Positions 55,414 to 64,000 of a stretch of DNA of 64,000 nucleotides are shown here, one piece after another. Every line of letters begins with the position of its first letter. Within the stretch, counting starts at the first letter, position 1. Position numbers and translations under genes: made by a program. Source of the DNA: Rhodospirillales bacterium (lineage in GTDB: Bacteria; Pseudomonadota; Alphaproteobacteria; Bin95); contig JAYQLI010000035.1 of NCBI GenBank assembly GCA_038143065.1, positions 2,304,894-2,368,893 on the forward strand. Reading direction: 5' to 3'. The notes below the pieces were generated by a model. It was not told the origin of the DNA. It worked only from the letters and a program-made list of their open reading frames with translations, and made no database searches.

Positions 55414-57033
55414 ATGGCAGGAATCACATACGACTATGTTATTGTAGGTGCTGGAGCAGCTGGTTGTGTCTTGGCCAACCGCTTAAGCCAAGATGGGAAG
55501 GCGACGATATGTGTTTTAGAGGCGGGAAGGAATGATAAACATCCATTAATCCATATCCCCGCAGGCTTCGTTAAGACGCTCTATGGCGATCGTTTTATTT
55601 GGCGGTTTGAAACGGAAGAGGGTCCAGGTCTAGACGGACGTAAGGTAATGATGCCGCAAGGTAAGGTCGTTGGCGGCTCTTCATCTGTTAATGGAATGGT
55701 ATATAACCGCGGCCAGCGCGCCGACTTTGATCAGTGGGCCCAAATGGGCAACCGTGGTTGGGGTTTTGATGACCTGCTTCCATACTTCAATCGATCCGAG
55801 ACCCGCATTACATCAGACCAAGCAGAAAAACGTGGCGAAGCAGGAGAGTTACCAGTCACTGACCATGATTGGATTAATCCTCTTACTGAAGCGTTCTTCG
55901 ATGCCGCTACTGCATGCGGTGTCCCGAGGTCGAGGGACTACAATTCTGGATTTCAATTCGGATCAGGTTATTTCCAGCGCTATATTCACAATCGTCAGAG
56001 AGTAAGTTCAGCTAAGGCCTTTCTTAAGCCAGCGCTTAACCGTCCAAATGTTCGCCTTGAGACTCATGCCAACGCCATTGCAATTGAATTTCAGGGTAAG
56101 CGAGCGTCTGGTGTAAAATGGGTTAACCGCGCTGGCCAAGAACAGTTGATTCAGGCAGGGCGTGAGGTGATCTTATCTGCTGGCGCTGCCAATACGCCAA
56201 AGCTTCTTCAAATTTCGGGAGTTGGTGCACCAGGTCAATTGTCGGATATTGGTGTTTCAGTTCATCATTCTCTCGCTGGTGTTGGAGAGAACCTCCGAGA
56301 CCATTACACCGCCCGCATGACGGCGAGAGCAAAGAATGTCAAAACGATCAATGAATACGCTAGATGGCCACGTCTTCCGTTGGAGGTTGTAAAGTGGGCA
56401 GTTGGAAGGCCAAGCGTTCTTGCTCTCTCTCCAACTATCGCATTCGTTCACGGCAAGTCACACCCTCAAATGGAAGATGCGGATCTCCGTATATTATTTA
56501 CTCCGGGTAGTTATCAGGATGGCAAAGTTTACGTTCTAGATGAGTATCCGGGTTTGACGTGTGGAGCCGCCCAACCAAGGCCGGAAAGCACAGGTTTTGT
56601 GCGTGCTCGTTCGTCTGATCCTCAAGCACCCCCTATCATTCAACCTAATTATTTAACAGCAGAGGAAGATCAGAGGATAACGATAGCCGGTTTACGTCTC
56701 GCTCGAAAAATCCTTAATCGCCCAGAAATGTCTAAATATTTTGACTTTGAAACTTTGCCTGGAGCGGATGTGCAATCTGATGATGAGCTTCTTGATTTTG
56801 CTAAACGTAAGGGCAACACGGGGTACCATCTTGTAGGCACGGCAAAAATGGGTCCAGCAACAGATAGTCGTGCTGTCGTTGATGACCAGCTACGCGTCCA
56901 TGGGCTTCAGGCTTTACGCATCATCGATGCATCCGTGATGCCAATGTTGCCTTCGGCAAATACATTTGCTTCAACTATTGCAATTGCTGAAAAAGGGGCT
57001 GACCTGATACAGGGCAAGCTATCAGCCGAATAA
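55414..57033 (+). CDS. GMC family oxidoreductase (choline dehydrogenase-like)
   Basis: GAGAAG, GKVVGGSSSVNGMVY, GENLRDH, YHLVGTAKMG, DASVMP, NT. Confidence 0.92.
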   Translation: MAGITYDYVIVGAGAAGCVLANRLSQDGKATICVLEAGRNDKHPLIHIPAGFVKTLYGDRFIWRFETEEGPGLDGRKVMMPQGKVVGGSSSVNGMVYNRGQRADFDQWAQMGNRGWGFDDLLPYFNRSETRITSDQAEKRGEAGELPVTDHDWINPLTEAFFDAATACGVPRSRDYNSGFQFGSGYFQRYIHNRQRVSSAKAFLKPALNRPNVRLETHANAIAIEFQGKRASGVKWVNRAGQEQLIQAGREVILSAGAANTPKLLQISGVGAPGQLSDIGVSVHHSLAGVGENLRDHYTARMTARAKNVKTINEYARWPRLPLEVVKWAVGRPSVLALSPTIAFVHGKSHPQMEDADLRILFTPGSYQDGKVYVLDEYPGLTCGAAQPRPESTGFVRARSSDPQAPPIIQPNYLTAEEDQRITIAGLRLARKILNRPEMSKYFDFETLPGADVQSDDELLDFAKRKGNTGYHLVGTAKMGPATDSRAVVDDQLRVHGLQALRIIDASVMPMLPSANTFASTIAIAEKGADLIQGKLSAE

Positions 57034-58170
57034 GCCGGATTTCCGCAGGGCCTCAGGTTCTCCTTCAGGGAGCCAGTGTTTCAGAGCTTCGACTGAATTT
57101 TCAGGAGAAGGTGCCTTTGCCGCGGTAGGCATAGGAGATGAATGGTTACTAAAGCGGGGTGCAGGTGCAGGCTGCACTATACCGTCTACCTCAACGAAGG
57201 TTTTGCGACTAGCGAGATGAGGGTGATCTGGCGCTTCGTCCGGCCCTAATACTGGCGCAAAGCAGACATCCGTGCCCTCTAATTCTTCTTGCCATTGAGC
57301 GCGTGTTTTAGTCTTAAATATGACGCCTAAACGAGCCTTAACTTCGTCCCATGAAGACCTGTCCCACTGTTCTGGAAGGCTCGTAGGATTAATTCCTAAC
57401 CGTTCTAAAAGTTCAGTGTGAAATTTAGCTTCTATTGGGGCAAGTGATACCCATTTCCCGTCAGAGCATTCATAAACATCATAAAAATAGGCACCTGAGT
57501 CATTCATATTTTCTCCACGTTGATCAGTCATAAACCCTGAAGCAAAATGGCCAAAATAACTTGTCATCAGGGAGGCTGCTCCGTCCACCATTGCGGCGTC
57601 AACGACTTGACCTTTTCTGGTTTTTCCAGCTTCGAACAATGCGCACATAACACCGAATGCGAGATACATCGTCCCTCCACCAAAATCCCCAACCAAGTTA
57701 AGTGGAGGTGTTGGAGGTCCGCCCTTGCGGCCGATGGCGTGCAACACTCCAGCTAGAGCTATGTAATTCAGATCATGTCCAGCTGCATGCGCAATTGGTC
57801 CCTCCTGGCCCCATCCTGTCATTCGGCCAAAAACCAGCTTTGGGTTTCGGGCTAGACATACTTCAGGGCCAAGACCAAGGCGTTCCATAACCCCTGGTCT
57901 AAATCCCTCGATCACAGCATCCGCGGTATCGATTAAACGAAGTGCAATATCTACAGCGTTTTTTTGCTTAAGGTCTATTGCGATAGCCGGTCGGCTGCGC
58001 AGCAAAAGATCATATTTTCGCTCTTGGGGGGCTCCTAGGCCGCTAGGTTCTAAGCGATCGATTCTAATGACTTCAGCACCCAGATCAGCCAGCAACATTG
58101 CGCACATAGGTGCGGGTCCTATTCCAGCCATTTCTACAACTTTGAGGCCATTAAGTGGTCCGGAGGGCAT
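57022..58170 (-). CDS. CaiB/BaiF family, alpha-methylacyl-CoA racemase-like
   Basis: AGIGPAP, EGFRPGVMERLGLGP, AGHDLNY, PPLNLVGDFGGG, PAPAPRF. Confidence 0.9.
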   Translation of the reverse strand: MPSGPLNGLKVVEMAGIGPAPMCAMLLADLGAEVIRIDRLEPSGLGAPQERKYDLLLRSRPAIAIDLKQKNAVDIALRLIDTADAVIEGFRPGVMERLGLGPEVCLARNPKLVFGRMTGWGQEGPIAHAAGHDLNYIALAGVLHAIGRKGGPPTPPLNLVGDFGGGTMYLAFGVMCALFEAGKTRKGQVVDAAMVDGAASLMTSYFGHFASGFMTDQRGENMNDSGAYFYDVYECSDGKWVSLAPIEAKFHTELLERLGINPTSLPEQWDRSSWDEVKARLGVIFKTKTRAQWQEELEGTDVCFAPVLGPDEAPDHPHLASRKTFVEVDGIVQPAPAPRFSNHSSPMPTAAKAPSPENSVEALKHWLPEGEPEALRKSGLFG

Positions 58171-58175
58171 TAAAC

Positions 58176-58787
58176 TTATCCTTTTGGTAAAGGAGGGATG
58201 GGAATAGGGCAGACCCCGTTCGCATTGCCGTCTTCGACCTCCGCCAGAGTATCGGTATCTACATCTGTTAGGAAGGTGGCGTGGAAACGGTTCACCATAT
58301 TGCTAAGCCCAACAGTTAGGCAGAGATCTATGATTTGCTGGTCACTGAAATGCCGACTTAGATCGCCGTAGGTTTCGTCATCGATTGGAGCCATCGTAGT
58401 TGCTTTACGCGCATATCGCACAATCGCAGCCTCTTCAGGGGTATAAATGCCGGCTGGCAGAGGATCATCCAGTAGGTGTGTCATCTGTTCTTCCGTCAGT
58501 CCTAGCACCCGACCGAGCGCTGTGTGTGTCGGAATTCAGTAAAAGCAATTATTAACTGTGGTGGCTGTGAGGTATGCGAGCTCACCGTGGTGAGGCTCTA
58601 GCGTTGAGTCTTGCCGATAGACGGTTGTTAGAAAATTTGAGAATGCAACGAGAGCCTCCGGTCGATTAGCCATAGCCCGATGTATATTGATCATTCGGCC
58701 ACGAGCAGCACCCGCCTCCTGAAGTGCAGTACGAGCATTTGGATCAAGGTCAGGATCATTTTCATCTAAAATAGGGATGCGTGCCAT
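58176..58787 (-). CDS. AhpD-like / CMD family selenoprotein with CxxU motif (203 aa with readthrough)
   Basis: ORFs 58536-58787 and 58176-58508 share a frame. Readthrough gives ELAYLTATTVNN-C-F-Y-U-IPTHTALGRVLG, matching AhpD E...CxxC..H, and ends with NMVNRF. Confidence 0.85.
58504..58521 (-). promoter_or_regulatory. Putative bacterial SECIS element
   Basis: AGCGCUC[GGUC]GGGUGCU 7-bp stem. The loop starts 21 nt after UGA 58536-58538 and begins with G. Confidence 0.65.
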
Positions 58788-58876
58788 TTTTACTCCTCAA
58801 GGTGGGTTAGGACAGTTCATGAATATCAGTATCGGGCTCATGAAGTTGAAAAGATTTTGGATTTACGGGTATTTTT

Positions 58877-60007
58877 TTATCCCTGTCCCAGAGTCTGTAG
58901 GCGCTCTAATGCATCTGCAAGTTCGGTTTGCATTTCTAGCATGACCTGGCGGACGCTCGTCTCCTGTTTCATTGACCCGACAACCTGTCCAGCTGGGAAG
59001 GAATATAGATCTGATCTTTCAGCTCGGATGACGCGAGCGGTAACTTCGTTAAACAGCACTCCTTGCAATGGAGGATCGAGATATTCTGGAGCGTCAGGAG
59101 CTTCCCATATCTCTGAAAGTCGGCTTTTTAACATTCTCACGGTTTTGCCAGTTCGACAGCGGCGTCGCACAGCATCTTCAGCCTCTGCCGCAAAATAAGC
59201 CTGTTTTTCGAACGGTGTTAGCTCGCTTTCTCGCGTGCCTAGCCAGACCGTTCCACACCAAACACCTTCAGCTCCCATAGCAAGGGCAGCAGCTATCTGA
59301 GATCCGCGAGCGAAGCCCCCCGCAGCTATCACGGGGATTTCATTCTTAACTGCATCGATGACATCTGGAACTAGAACTAGCGTTGATATTGCTCCGGTAT
59401 GGCCGCCAGCTTCTGTTCCCTGAGCAACGACGAAATCTACTCCAGCAGCACACTGTCTGCTTGCGTGTTTTGGTTTGCCACACATGGCGCCTATTACGAT
59501 CCCACGGTGTCGTAAATCTCTGACTACATCCTCAGGCGGTGCACCAAGTGCACTTACAACTACGCGAATTTTAGGGTGGTGTACTACGACATCTAGGAGC
59601 CGCCTTGCTCCTTCTGGTGTCATCCCACCACGACCGGAGGCTATTTCATCATGGACACGAGTTTTTTCTTCCTGCGGTAGTTCTGGAACGCCTTCTGCGT
59701 CCAAGAAATCTTTCATGAATGCCTTGTGGGTATCAGGAATGAGATCGTTCAGATCTTTCTTACCGAATGCAGCCTCCGCATCACGGTCATATTTTACAGG
59801 GATAATTACGTCGACACCGTATGGAAGGTCACCAACCTGTTCATCTATCCATGCAAGCTCAACTTCGAGTTGCTCGGGAGAGAAAGTTGATGCTCCAAGC
59901 ACACCAAAGCCTCCAGCTTTGGTTACCTCGGCAACAACATTGCGACAGTGAGAGAAGGCAAAAATGGGGCTCTGGAAGCCTAGGTGTTTTTGGAGACGGT
60001 TTTGCAT
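58877..60007 (-). CDS. Nitronate monooxygenase / FabK-like flavoprotein
   Basis: PIFAFSH, AGGFGVLG, VAQGTEAGGHTG, IAAGG, GAEGVWCGT, GQVVG. Confidence 0.88.
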   Translation of the reverse strand: MQNRLQKHLGFQSPIFAFSHCRNVVAEVTKAGGFGVLGASTFSPEQLEVELAWIDEQVGDLPYGVDVIIPVKYDRDAEAAFGKKDLNDLIPDTHKAFMKDFLDAEGVPELPQEEKTRVHDEIASGRGGMTPEGARRLLDVVVHHPKIRVVVSALGAPPEDVVRDLRHRGIVIGAMCGKPKHASRQCAAGVDFVVAQGTEAGGHTGAISTLVLVPDVIDAVKNEIPVIAAGGFARGSQIAAALAMGAEGVWCGTVWLGTRESELTPFEKQAYFAAEAEDAVRRRCRTGKTVRMLKSRLSEIWEAPDAPEYLDPPLQGVLFNEVTARVIRAERSDLYSFPAGQVVGSMKQETSVRQVMLEMQTELADALERLQTLGQG

Positions 60008-60065
60008 TTTTATTCTTCCCGGTGAGCGGTAGTGCAACCTTATCTAACTATATTTTACAATAGTA

Positions 60066-62012
60066 CTAAGAGCGTCGAAGGTGGCTCAACTCCTCCACAG
60101 ATTCTGGATTAATTAACGAGCTTAAATCACCGGTCTCGAGGCCAAGGTATGCTGCTCTTACAACTCGCCGCATGATTTTCATATTTCGTGTTTTGGGAAG
60201 GTCTGAAACAAAAATAACTTCACTCGGTCGAAAGGGGCGTCCAAGCCCGCTAGCTACAACTTCCGCCAATTCTTCTTTCAGTGCATCGTTAGCGACAACA
60301 TTCGTTCGGACCTGGCATACGCAAACAATAGTCGTTCCCTTGACTGGATGCGGTGCGCCCACAGCTGCAGTTTCGACTAGCTTTTGTGTCCCCATCAAAA
60401 GTGCTTCGATTTCTGCGGGTCCGGTGCGTTTTCCAGCAATTTTTAAGGTATCGTCGGAGCGACCATGTACCATCCATGTGCCGTCTGATGCCCTACTTGC
60501 AAAATCGCCGTGCACCCACATTCCTGGAATAATATTCCAGTAGGTTTGTAGGTATCTTTCATTGTCATTCCAAAGGCCTCGCGTCAGTCCAATGGAGGGG
60601 CGTCGCATGACCAGTTCACCGACTTCGCCAGGACTGACTGGTTTACCAGACTCATCCACTACGTCGGCTCCGACTCCTGGCACTGGGCCTGAAAAAGCGC
60701 ATGGCTTGAGAGGATGAATAACTGTGGTAGCAACGATGCCTCCTACTTCAGTTCCTCCGGAATAATTGAGAATAGGTAGCTTTCCTTTCCCTACTGCATT
60801 GAAGAGCCAGAGCCATGAAGGTTCATCCCAAGCTTCGCCAGTAGAGGCAAAAATACGAAGGCTGGAGAGATCATGACGGTTCAGTTGTTCGGGTCCGTTT
60901 ACCATCAAGGTTCGCACGATGGTTGGAGCAATGCCAAGCCAAGAGACTTTGTGGTCGGCAATTAGTCTCCAGTATCGATCTGCTTCTGGGTAGTTGGGAG
61001 CACCCTCGATTAAAACTACTGTTCCGCCAAGCTGGAAGCCTCCGTAGACAAGAATTGGGCCAACAAGCCAGCCCATATCTGACATCCACATAAGTCTGTC
61101 ATCCGGCTTGAAATCCATACAAATGGATAGATCAAGGGCGAGCTTGGCGGGAAAGCCGCAATGACTATGCACAACACCTTTAGGCTTTCCTGTAGTCCCT
61201 GAAGTGTAAATGAGAAGAAAAGGGCTGTCGGCATCCACTTCCGCGGTTGCCACCTCGTCAGGCATGTCTCTCGTCAAGTCAGCCCACCAGTGGTCACGTC
61301 CCTCGGTCCAGTCGTGAGGTGCTTCCCAATGCTTTGTAACTATAACGTGCTGAAGGTTGGGCGCTTGATCTGCTATCTCATCTACAATTGCCTTAGCTGG
61401 AACAGCACGCCCTCTACGTGGAGAGCCATCAACCGTAATGATGGCTTTGGCTTTACTGTCATTCAGGCGGGCAAGCAGAGCGTCACCACCAAATCCGGAA
61501 AACATAGGGAGTACAATACCGCCAATCTTAGCGACGGCTAAAAGTGTTATTGCAGCTTCCGGTATATTTGGAAGATACATTGCGATCACGTCACCAGATC
61601 CCAGGCCAAGCTTGCGAAGACCCCCAGCAAGGTGATTTGTCTGTGTTCGCACCTCAGCGTACGTTAACTGCTTTGTGGTCCCGTCTTCTCCTTCCCAATC
61701 GATCGCTATCTTTCTGTCGGTTGGCGTATTTTTCCATTTATCAAGACAGTTGAGCGCTACGTTAGTGGTTCCGCCCTTACACCATTGAGCAAATGCGGGC
61801 CCCATAGTTTCATCAACAATTTGATCCGGGTACTTGAAGAAACGAAGATCTATAAAATCGAAAAGCTTTTGATGAAATTCTTCGGGGTTTTCATCCGACC
61901 AGGAAACAAGACTTTTGTAATCAGCTACACTGCACTTTCGAATGAATGCAGTCAGATTGGCGTTGTCTATTAAATCTTTCGAAGGGCTCCATACGAACTC
62001 ATCGCCATTCAT
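60066..62012 (-). CDS. Acetyl-/acyl-CoA synthetase (AMP-forming)
   Basis: YTSGTTGKPKG, DMGW, STGE, NYSGGTE, HGD, GRSDD, LPKTRNMKIMRR. Confidence 0.9.
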   Translation of the reverse strand: MNGDEFVWSPSKDLIDNANLTAFIRKCSVADYKSLVSWSDENPEEFHQKLFDFIDLRFFKYPDQIVDETMGPAFAQWCKGGTTNVALNCLDKWKNTPTDRKIAIDWEGEDGTTKQLTYAEVRTQTNHLAGGLRKLGLGSGDVIAMYLPNIPEAAITLLAVAKIGGIVLPMFSGFGGDALLARLNDSKAKAIITVDGSPRRGRAVPAKAIVDEIADQAPNLQHVIVTKHWEAPHDWTEGRDHWWADLTRDMPDEVATAEVDADSPFLLIYTSGTTGKPKGVVHSHCGFPAKLALDLSICMDFKPDDRLMWMSDMGWLVGPILVYGGFQLGGTVVLIEGAPNYPEADRYWRLIADHKVSWLGIAPTIVRTLMVNGPEQLNRHDLSSLRIFASTGEAWDEPSWLWLFNAVGKGKLPILNYSGGTEVGGIVATTVIHPLKPCAFSGPVPGVGADVVDESGKPVSPGEVGELVMRRPSIGLTRGLWNDNERYLQTYWNIIPGMWVHGDFASRASDGTWMVHGRSDDTLKIAGKRTGPAEIEALLMGTQKLVETAAVGAPHPVKGTTIVCVCQVRTNVVANDALKEELAEVVASGLGRPFRPSEVIFVSDLPKTRNMKIMRRVVRAAYLGLETGDLSSLINPESVEELSHLRRS

Positions 62013-62034
62013 GCAGAACCCTCCTGAAGATAAT

Positions 62035-62472
62035 TCAGTCTCGCGTTGGCACGTCAGGTACCCAGAGATATCCATCTGGGTCGAGAATATATACTTCGCG
62101 CAGTCCGTGTTTTTTGTCTATTGCGCCAGTAAGGATCCGATCTCCGCGCATACGGGCACATCTCTCCGCTTCATCAGGGTCTAGGCCATGTATTCGGAGT
62201 TCAATCCCTGAGCCACGGGAGCCGTCGGAGTTAAGACAATTTATCAACGGATGCTTTTCATAGGTATGGTCGGCATGAAGCATCCACTCCATATCTTGGC
62301 GCCGTAGCACCGCAAAATCGGGATCCGCGTATAATACCTCAGCCTGGAGGACGGATTTAGCGAATTCAACAGAGACGGCGATTTCTTTCACCAACAGATT
62401 AATGCCAAAGCCCTGTAATGCTCGCCCATACTCGCTTGCGGGTATCCATGGATCACCCACTCGCTTCTTCAT
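62035..62472 (-). CDS. VOC/glyoxalase family protein
   Basis: INLLV, MLHAD, RGSGIELR, HGLREVYILDPDGYLW. ATGA overlap with npdG. Confidence 0.8.
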   Translation of the reverse strand: MKKRVGDPWIPASEYGRALQGFGINLLVKEIAVSVEFAKSVLQAEVLYADPDFAVLRRQDMEWMLHADHTYEKHPLINCLNSDGSRGSGIELRIHGLDPDEAERCARMRGDRILTGAIDKKHGLREVYILDPDGYLWVPDVPTRD

Positions 62473-63143
62473 TTTGGTTGATGCCTTCCATCCTTTGTAG
62501 GCGTTCCTGTTATTCTTATACCGGCGCCCGCAATTCCATATCGACGATTTATTTGAATGATAAGTGAGGTTAGGGCCTCTGCTGCGGCCGAATTGGCAAG
62601 GGGGCCGGCGTGCCATCCACGCATCCCAGCGTCTTCTACTAGGTCAATAACCGTCTGGCGTGCTGCAACTTTGTCTCCGGCAACCAAGACATCACACTCA
62701 AGGTCAATATCTGATTTTAGTTTCTCTGCAGCCACATTCTGAAAGGCTGAAACAACAGTGACATCCTCTCCAAGTGCTTTCTGAGCATTCACCGCAGCCG
62801 AGCCACCTTCTGGTAATTGCACCGTGCCAACCTTTGGCGGCATTAAGGGGACGGTCGCATCAATCAATATCTTACCAGAGAGCTGGCTTTTTACAGCTTC
62901 AAGTGTAGCAAGCTGATTAGAATAAGGGACTGTTATGGCAACTATATCGGCTTTTGCAGCAGCTGCAGTGTTTTCCAAACCTTCAACACCAAAACTTGAA
63001 AGATCAGCAGCTGCTATTTCAGCTTTCTCAGCTGTACGCGAGCCTATTACAACTTTATGTCCCGCCTTTGCCCAACGGCGAGCAAGTCCGGTTCCGAGAT
63101 CGCCTGTGCCGCCAAGAATTGCGATCGTTAAAGAACTAGTCAT
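62469..63143 (-). CDS. npdG: NADPH-dependent F420 reductase
   Basis: GGTGDLGTGLARRWA, IGSR, TVPY, DATVPL, GSAA, VSAFQNV, GPLANS, INRRY, GIRITG. Confidence 0.9.
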   Translation of the reverse strand: MTSSLTIAILGGTGDLGTGLARRWAKAGHKVVIGSRTAEKAEIAAADLSSFGVEGLENTAAAAKADIVAITVPYSNQLATLEAVKSQLSGKILIDATVPLMPPKVGTVQLPEGGSAAVNAQKALGEDVTVVSAFQNVAAEKLKSDIDLECDVLVAGDKVAARQTVIDLVEDAGMRGWHAGPLANSAAAEALTSLIIQINRRYGIAGAGIRITGTPTKDGRHQPK

Positions 63144-63148
63144 GAGAG

Positions 63149-64000
63149 TCAGTTTCCTTTGTTAAAATCGAAAAGCCCAAGACCAGTTGGCGAATCGGGC
63201 ATGATAGCTTGCTTGGTTACTTCTGGATTTAGGGCGGTGACACCCCGTCCGTCCAGTCCTGACAGATTGTGTATAGCGGTTAAGAAACGGTCAATTTCTG
63301 GTTGTGTTAGCAGGTGCCCTGCAAGGCTTGTAAATTTGCGCGAATAGTCCTCAAGTTTCCAAGGTTTTGTTCCGTTTGGATGGGCATCTGCAATACTTTT
63401 TTCAAAAACAAGCGTTGCACCATCAGTCATCTTTAGTTCAAGTCGCCCGCCGTATGCCCGCATTGCGGGGTCTTCGGCGTGGTAGCGACGGTCCCATTCG
63501 GGATCTGCTGCGGTTTCTATTTTCTGCCAAAGATCAATGGTGCTAGGTCTGCTGGCGCGCTCGGCGGAGTAGCTATCTATGTGGTGCCAAGAGCCATCCT
63601 CAAGTGCCACTGCAAGGATATACATAATTGAATGATCAAGGGTTTCCCGGCTTGCTTTTGGGTCCATTTTTTGCGGGTCATTTGCACCAGTGCCTATGAC
63701 AAAATGGGTGTGGTCAGAAGTGTAAAGGACAGCCTTAGAAATCCTACAAATATCAACTTTGCTCCGAACCTCAAAGGCCAGGTCTATGATAGCTTGCGCC
63801 TGATATTCTGCTGAGTGGGCCTTAGGAAAACTCTCTAAAATATTATTTGCGGCTTCGCCTGGTCGAGGCAATGTGATTGCGTATGTTGCTTCTTTACCCG
63901 CCAACATCCACGGAATGACAGAATCCTCTCCCTCATAAATTGGACTCGGGGCACCTTCTCCTCGCATTGCCCTATCAACCGCTTCAATGGCCGTTTTACC
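63149..64000 (-). CDS. MmgE/PrpD family protein (2-methylcitrate dehydratase-like), 5' part outside the window
   Basis: PSPIYEGED, KAHSAEYQAQA, SDHTHFVIGTGANDPQK, RETLDHSIMYI, ADAHPNG. Confidence 0.88.
   Translation of the reverse strand, partial: GKTAIEAVDRAMRGEGAPSPIYEGEDSVIPWMLAGKEATYAITLPRPGEAANNILESFPKAHSAEYQAQAIIDLAFEVRSKVDICRISKAVLYTSDHTHFVIGTGANDPQKMDPKASRETLDHSIMYILAVALEDGSWHHIDSYSAERASRPSTIDLWQKIETAADPEWDRRYHAEDPAMRAYGGRLELKMTDGATLVFEKSIADAHPNGTKPWKLEDYSRKFTSLAGHLLTQPEIDRFLTAIHNLSGLDGRGVTALNPEVTKQAIMPDSPTGLGLFDFNKGN

Overview
Chromosomal segment of an alphaproteobacterium (Rhodospirillales-like gene order, roughly 48% GC by eye, probably a marine MAG). Core blocks (msrB, sodB, hisBHAF, dnaN-recF-gyrB, rpmI-rplT-pheST, the F0 atp genes, smc-dsbA, tRNA-Thr) alternate with accessory metabolic blocks: a Liv-type ABC transporter with 2OG/Fe dioxygenases, a Co-type nitrile hydratase, a DUF169-methyltransferase pair, ergothioneine genes (egtB, egtD and a distant egtE-like lyase), soxDAG without soxB, and a 15 kb redox/acyl-CoA catabolic block after the tRNA. 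More than 20 genes, including essential ones, are broken by short indels, mostly in homopolymers, which looks like long-read assembly error rather than gene decay. The main result is two ORF pairs that the ORF track splits but that read as single selenoproteins, each with an in-frame UGA at a redox-motif position followed by a SECIS-like hairpin. One is a GrdB/PrdB-like UxxC protein (30062-30935), divergent from egtBD. The other is an AhpD/CMD-family CxxU protein (58176-58787) in a cluster of three different CMD-family genes. No CRISPR array, rRNA, integrase or transposase was seen. All calls come from reading motifs by eye; no database searches were run.
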